A stretch of DNA of 64,000 nucleotides, from positions 1 through 64,000 of the forward strand of contig CBDCDA010000001.1 in NCBI GenBank assembly GCA_965215335.1, given 5' to 3'. This document shows positions 60,944 to 64,000 of the stretch, piece after piece. The DNA comes from an uncultured Candidatus Entotheonella sp. (GTDB lineage Bacteria > Tectomicrobia > Entotheonellia > Entotheonellales > Entotheonellaceae). A model generated the notes under the pieces. The model had not been told where the DNA came from. It did not search any database and was given only the letters and a program-made list of their open reading frames with translations. Both the position numbers and the translations under genes were made by a program. The first letter of the stretch is position 1; each line of letters begins with the position of its first letter.

Positions 60944-62236
60944 GGAATTTGATCCAATTTAGGTTTCCAACTTCATCGTGGGTGTAACTCATAGTTCCAG
61001 TCGCCGTGGAACACGTTGCGATGGAGCGACAGGGCGTCCATCTCGGCGTTCGTCGTCACCACTGCGGTCGGGTATGTTCTTGCGTCAAGTTCGGCTCTGA
61101 CCCGAAGACCTGCGTTGGTACGCGTATTGCCGATCAAATCGACTATGGTCTCAAAGGTCCGCAACGGCTTGCCTCGCCAATTCTGCGTGATGTGGCAGAA
61201 CAGACGATGCTCGATCTTGTTCCATTTGCTGGTACCGGGCGGGAAGTGGCTGACGTGGATGCGCACACCCGTCTCGTCGGCAAACTGTTGCAGTCCGTGC
61301 TTCCAGGCGCGACAGCGATACCCGTTGCTACCGCCCGCATCGGCAGTGATGAATAGCTCACGAGCCTCGGAGTAGCGACGCTTGCCCATCTCGTCCCACC
61401 ACCGCCGCAGCGAGGCCACCGCGAACGCCGGCGTGTCGTGGTCACACCCAACACTGACCCATGCTTCGTTGCCTCCCATATCATAGATGCCATAGGGAAT
61501 GGCCTTGCCCGTCGCGTCCTGAGGAAAGTCGTGAACCCGTGATTGCTCGGGCTGCCCCTTCGGTTGCCACTCCCGGCCAGCGTTCTTGAAATCACCCACC
61601 AACTCCTTCTTCTTGGTGTCGACCGATACCACCGGCTGACCGCGTTGCAAAAACTCATCTGCCTTTGAATTGATATGTTCGAACTGTGCGTTGCGATCGG
61701 GGTGCGACGCCCCTTCTCGACTCTTGCGCACCGATTGCAGGCGATAGCCGAGCTCATGCAGTAAACGGCCCACCGTCGTCGAACTGACCTTCCAGCCAGC
61801 CTTCGACAGCGCCACGGTGAGCTTCGCTTTGCTCTTGCACGTCCACCTCAACGGCGACTGCGGGTCGCCGCGAGTCAACGGATCAACCAACTGCTCCAGC
61901 GCTTGCTTGATGCCCGGCTGAGACTGCTCGATGCCCGGTCGTCCAGCGCCCGGTCGGCGCACCCGGCCAAACTCAGTGCCACCACCTGCCAGCTCTCGGC
62001 GTCCCGCCCGAATGGTCGGGCGCGACAATCCTGTCGCATCCGACACCAGGGCATCTCCTCCATAGCCGATGGCACGCGACTCCGTGGCTGCCCAGATACG
62101 ACGCCCACGCTCATCAAGAAACGCTTCGATCACCGCGTACTTCTCAACAATGGTGGCTTCGAGTTCGTGATCGCGCCTCATGGAACAATTGAAACACAAA
62201 ACTCAAAGCATGAAAAACTAATTTGCGACAAATTCC
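60944..62236 (-). mobile_element. ISAzo13-family element
   Basis: IRs GGAATTTGATCCAATTTA / GGAATTTGTCGCAAATTA; TAA direct repeats at 60941-43 and 62237-39. Confidence 0.92.
60973..62181 (-). CDS. ISAzo13 family transposase
   Basis: GDPQSPLRWT, HPDRNAQF, SVDTKKKELVG, DAGGSNG, PPGTSKWNKIEHRLF, FHGDWNY. Confidence 0.95.
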   Translation of the reverse strand: MRRDHELEATIVEKYAVIEAFLDERGRRIWAATESRAIGYGGDALVSDATGLSRPTIRAGRRELAGGGTEFGRVRRPGAGRPGIEQSQPGIKQALEQLVDPLTRGDPQSPLRWTCKSKAKLTVALSKAGWKVSSTTVGRLLHELGYRLQSVRKSREGASHPDRNAQFEHINSKADEFLQRGQPVVSVDTKKKELVGDFKNAGREWQPKGQPEQSRVHDFPQDATGKAIPYGIYDMGGNEAWVSVGCDHDTPAFAVASLRRWWDEMGKRRYSEARELFITADAGGSNGYRCRAWKHGLQQFADETGVRIHVSHFPPGTSKWNKIEHRLFCHITQNWRGKPLRTFETIVDLIGNTRTNAGLRVRAELDARTYPTAVVTTNAEMDALSLHRNVFHGDWNYELHPR

Positions 62237-62243
62237 TAAGCGT

Positions 62244-63650
62244 TCAGAGGGCCGTGCAATGGGAGGGGTTATCATAGAGCCAAGAGAGGTCAGGCGGACG
62301 ATCGTGCATGAACGCCTCAAGGGCGTCAACCAACACCGAGAAGGTCGATTGTTCCAGTTGCCGACATGTCTGACGCAGCGACAGACTCCGTTGCACCCAA
62401 GCATTGCCCTTGATACTCGCCGTACCCAAGGAACTCTTGCGCCACAACACGCCAAAGCGCAAGGCGCGCTCCGCCCGGTTGTTGGTCGGCTCAACTCCCG
62501 ACTCGTTGAGAAACACCCACAACGAACCCAACTCGCGCCGCAAGCACCTCACCAGACGACCGCCATCATCAGGGCGCAGCCCATGGCGTTTCATCAGACG
62601 ACACAACCGCGCATACCATGCCTGCCATTGCCCCCCACTTGGCGGCGCGTGAGCCATCTGACACAAACGCTGGAGTTCCTGCAAGACCGCCTTGCCACAG
62701 GCAGCAAGGCCAGGAACCTGTCGCTGCGACAACTCCCGGGCACGACGAATGAGATGCGCCAAGCAGGTCTGACGAGCATTGCCCCAGGCTTGATACACCC
62801 CGTAGCCGTCACTGACCAGGATGCCGCGCCAATCCTTGATCAAAGACCCGAAGGCTTCCTGCGAACGCTTGGGATGAATACGGTACAGGGCGACGGTATC
62901 CGTGACCATGCTCCAGAGCCATTGCAAGGCATGGCGGCAGTACCAGGGCGGCTCGTCAACGTAGCCCACCCGTGCCTTGCGGGCCAAGCGAGCCATGGCC
63001 GCATCGTGCGGCACAATAGCCAGGGAGGTACGGTCGATGAGACGCTGAATCGCCCCCAGGCTGATTGGCACACCCAACACCGAGCGACAGAAATCCTGTA
63101 CGCCGCGCCGGGAGATGCGGTGCATGGCACTGAGTTCGCCAATCAAGGCCGTCAGACGCGGGCCATGGCCGGTTTGCTGCGCCTTGGGGAGGCGGGCCTT
63201 GAGCAGCCGGCCACAGCCTGAACATCGGCCTTGGTGCAAGACCCAGTGGGTGACGTGCAACGCCATGGGTGGCAACTCCATGACCTGATGGAGGTGATAC
63301 GGCGCTGTCTGGCCAGGTACGCCCTGGCCGCAGGCACAAGGTCCGGGATGGATGGCCCGCCGCTCGGTGGGACGGAGCAATCTGGAGCCTGACCCAGGAT
63401 GGCCCATTCGTGCGCCCCGTTTGCCTGGGGGCTTGTCTTGCTTGCTGACAGGTCTTTGGAAGGGTGAATCCGACGAGGGTGGTTTGTCGGATGTCTTGGA
63501 CGTGCGTTGCAAGCGCTTTTGGAGTTGGTCGATTTGTTCCTGGAGTTGGGCCAGGCGTTGGTGCAGGGTGAAGGGACAGGCTTGTACAGCCGATGGTGTG
63601 TGCTGCCAATCGGTTTGCGACAGCGACTCAGGCGGTATCGACGGTTCCAT
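62244..63650 (-). CDS. IS66 family transposase (TnpC)
   Basis: SDKPPSSD, GHPG, VDE, SDGYGVY, QTCLAHLIR, EPTNNRAERALR. Confidence 0.93.
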   Translation of the reverse strand: MEPSIPPESLSQTDWQHTPSAVQACPFTLHQRLAQLQEQIDQLQKRLQRTSKTSDKPPSSDSPFQRPVSKQDKPPGKRGARMGHPGSGSRLLRPTERRAIHPGPCACGQGVPGQTAPYHLHQVMELPPMALHVTHWVLHQGRCSGCGRLLKARLPKAQQTGHGPRLTALIGELSAMHRISRRGVQDFCRSVLGVPISLGAIQRLIDRTSLAIVPHDAAMARLARKARVGYVDEPPWYCRHALQWLWSMVTDTVALYRIHPKRSQEAFGSLIKDWRGILVSDGYGVYQAWGNARQTCLAHLIRRARELSQRQVPGLAACGKAVLQELQRLCQMAHAPPSGGQWQAWYARLCRLMKRHGLRPDDGGRLVRCLRRELGSLWVFLNESGVEPTNNRAERALRFGVLWRKSSLGTASIKGNAWVQRSLSLRQTCRQLEQSTFSVLVDALEAFMHDRPPDLSWLYDNPSHCTAL

Positions 63651-64000
63651 TCGGGACTTCCTGAGAAGGGCAACGGGAGAGCGAAAAACGAGTGTGACCG
63701 TAGCCCATAATAGGGCCGTCTGCAATAGATACCTGCACACTTGGCCCCCCTGAACGCTTACGGGCGCAGCGCACCGTCGGCCACTTGTCGGCCGAGAAAT
63801 TGCGCTACCGCGAACGCTCGACGGTTGAGCGGGTCAACAGCCGTCTCAAGGACGACTTCGGTGGTCGCCAAGTACGGGTGCGCGGTCCTGCCAAGGTGCT
63901 GTGCCACCTGATGTTTGGCCTGTTGGCACTGACGGTGGAGCAGTTGCTACGCCTGCTTCCCTGATTCCAGGAGGGTGTGCGCTCATGGCAGGACAGGAGA

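Larger units (their letters stand above)
60940..63761 (-). mobile_element. IS66-family element (single-ORF type)
   Basis: IRs GTAAGCGTTCAG at both ends (left one split); 8-bp TSD GGGCGCAG at 60932-39 and 63762-69. Confidence 0.92.
59865..63964 (+). mobile_element. Outer IS (IS1182/IS5-like DDE transposase), interrupted; right end beyond the window
   Basis: Left end GAGCCTTTTGCAAAA; transposase 60005-60939 (PSEATFSR, RDSTAI, WVGYKLH, HDSQ, MDSAHD; frameshift near 60510) resumes at 63770-63964 (RSTVERVNSRLK). Confidence 0.8.

Overview
GC-rich bacterial chromosomal window. Gene style (tandem Uma2 nucleases, LLM oxidoreductases, korAB, W-AOR) is suggestive of Ca. Tectomicrobia or a similar uncultured Gram-negative lineage, but this is inference only. 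It carries central-metabolism and transport genes (ppc, moeA, korAB, acnA, DAHP synthase, leuCD-like, sugar and peptide ABC systems), an aldehyde:ferredoxin oxidoreductase operon, many small gene remnants, and a three-level nested IS stack at the right end. The standout is a low-GC, IS-bounded island at about 18.76-23.88 kb. It reads: duplicated promoter-like repeat, an unannotated 16-aa basic peptide ORF (MRKRKRNSQYLGNLLG), a hairpin, an M29-aminopeptidase-fold (crocagin CgnB/E-like) protein, an acyl carrier protein, a thioester-reductase-type SDR, and a ValRS paralog with degenerate editing motifs, an altered amino-acid pocket and no C-terminal coiled coil. I interpret it as a candidate undescribed biosynthetic system (RiPP/carrier-protein hybrid with an aaRS-like adenylating enzyme). 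Two of its genes carry single-base frameshifts, which may be sequencing errors or decay. All assignments are from motif recognition by eye; no searches were run.
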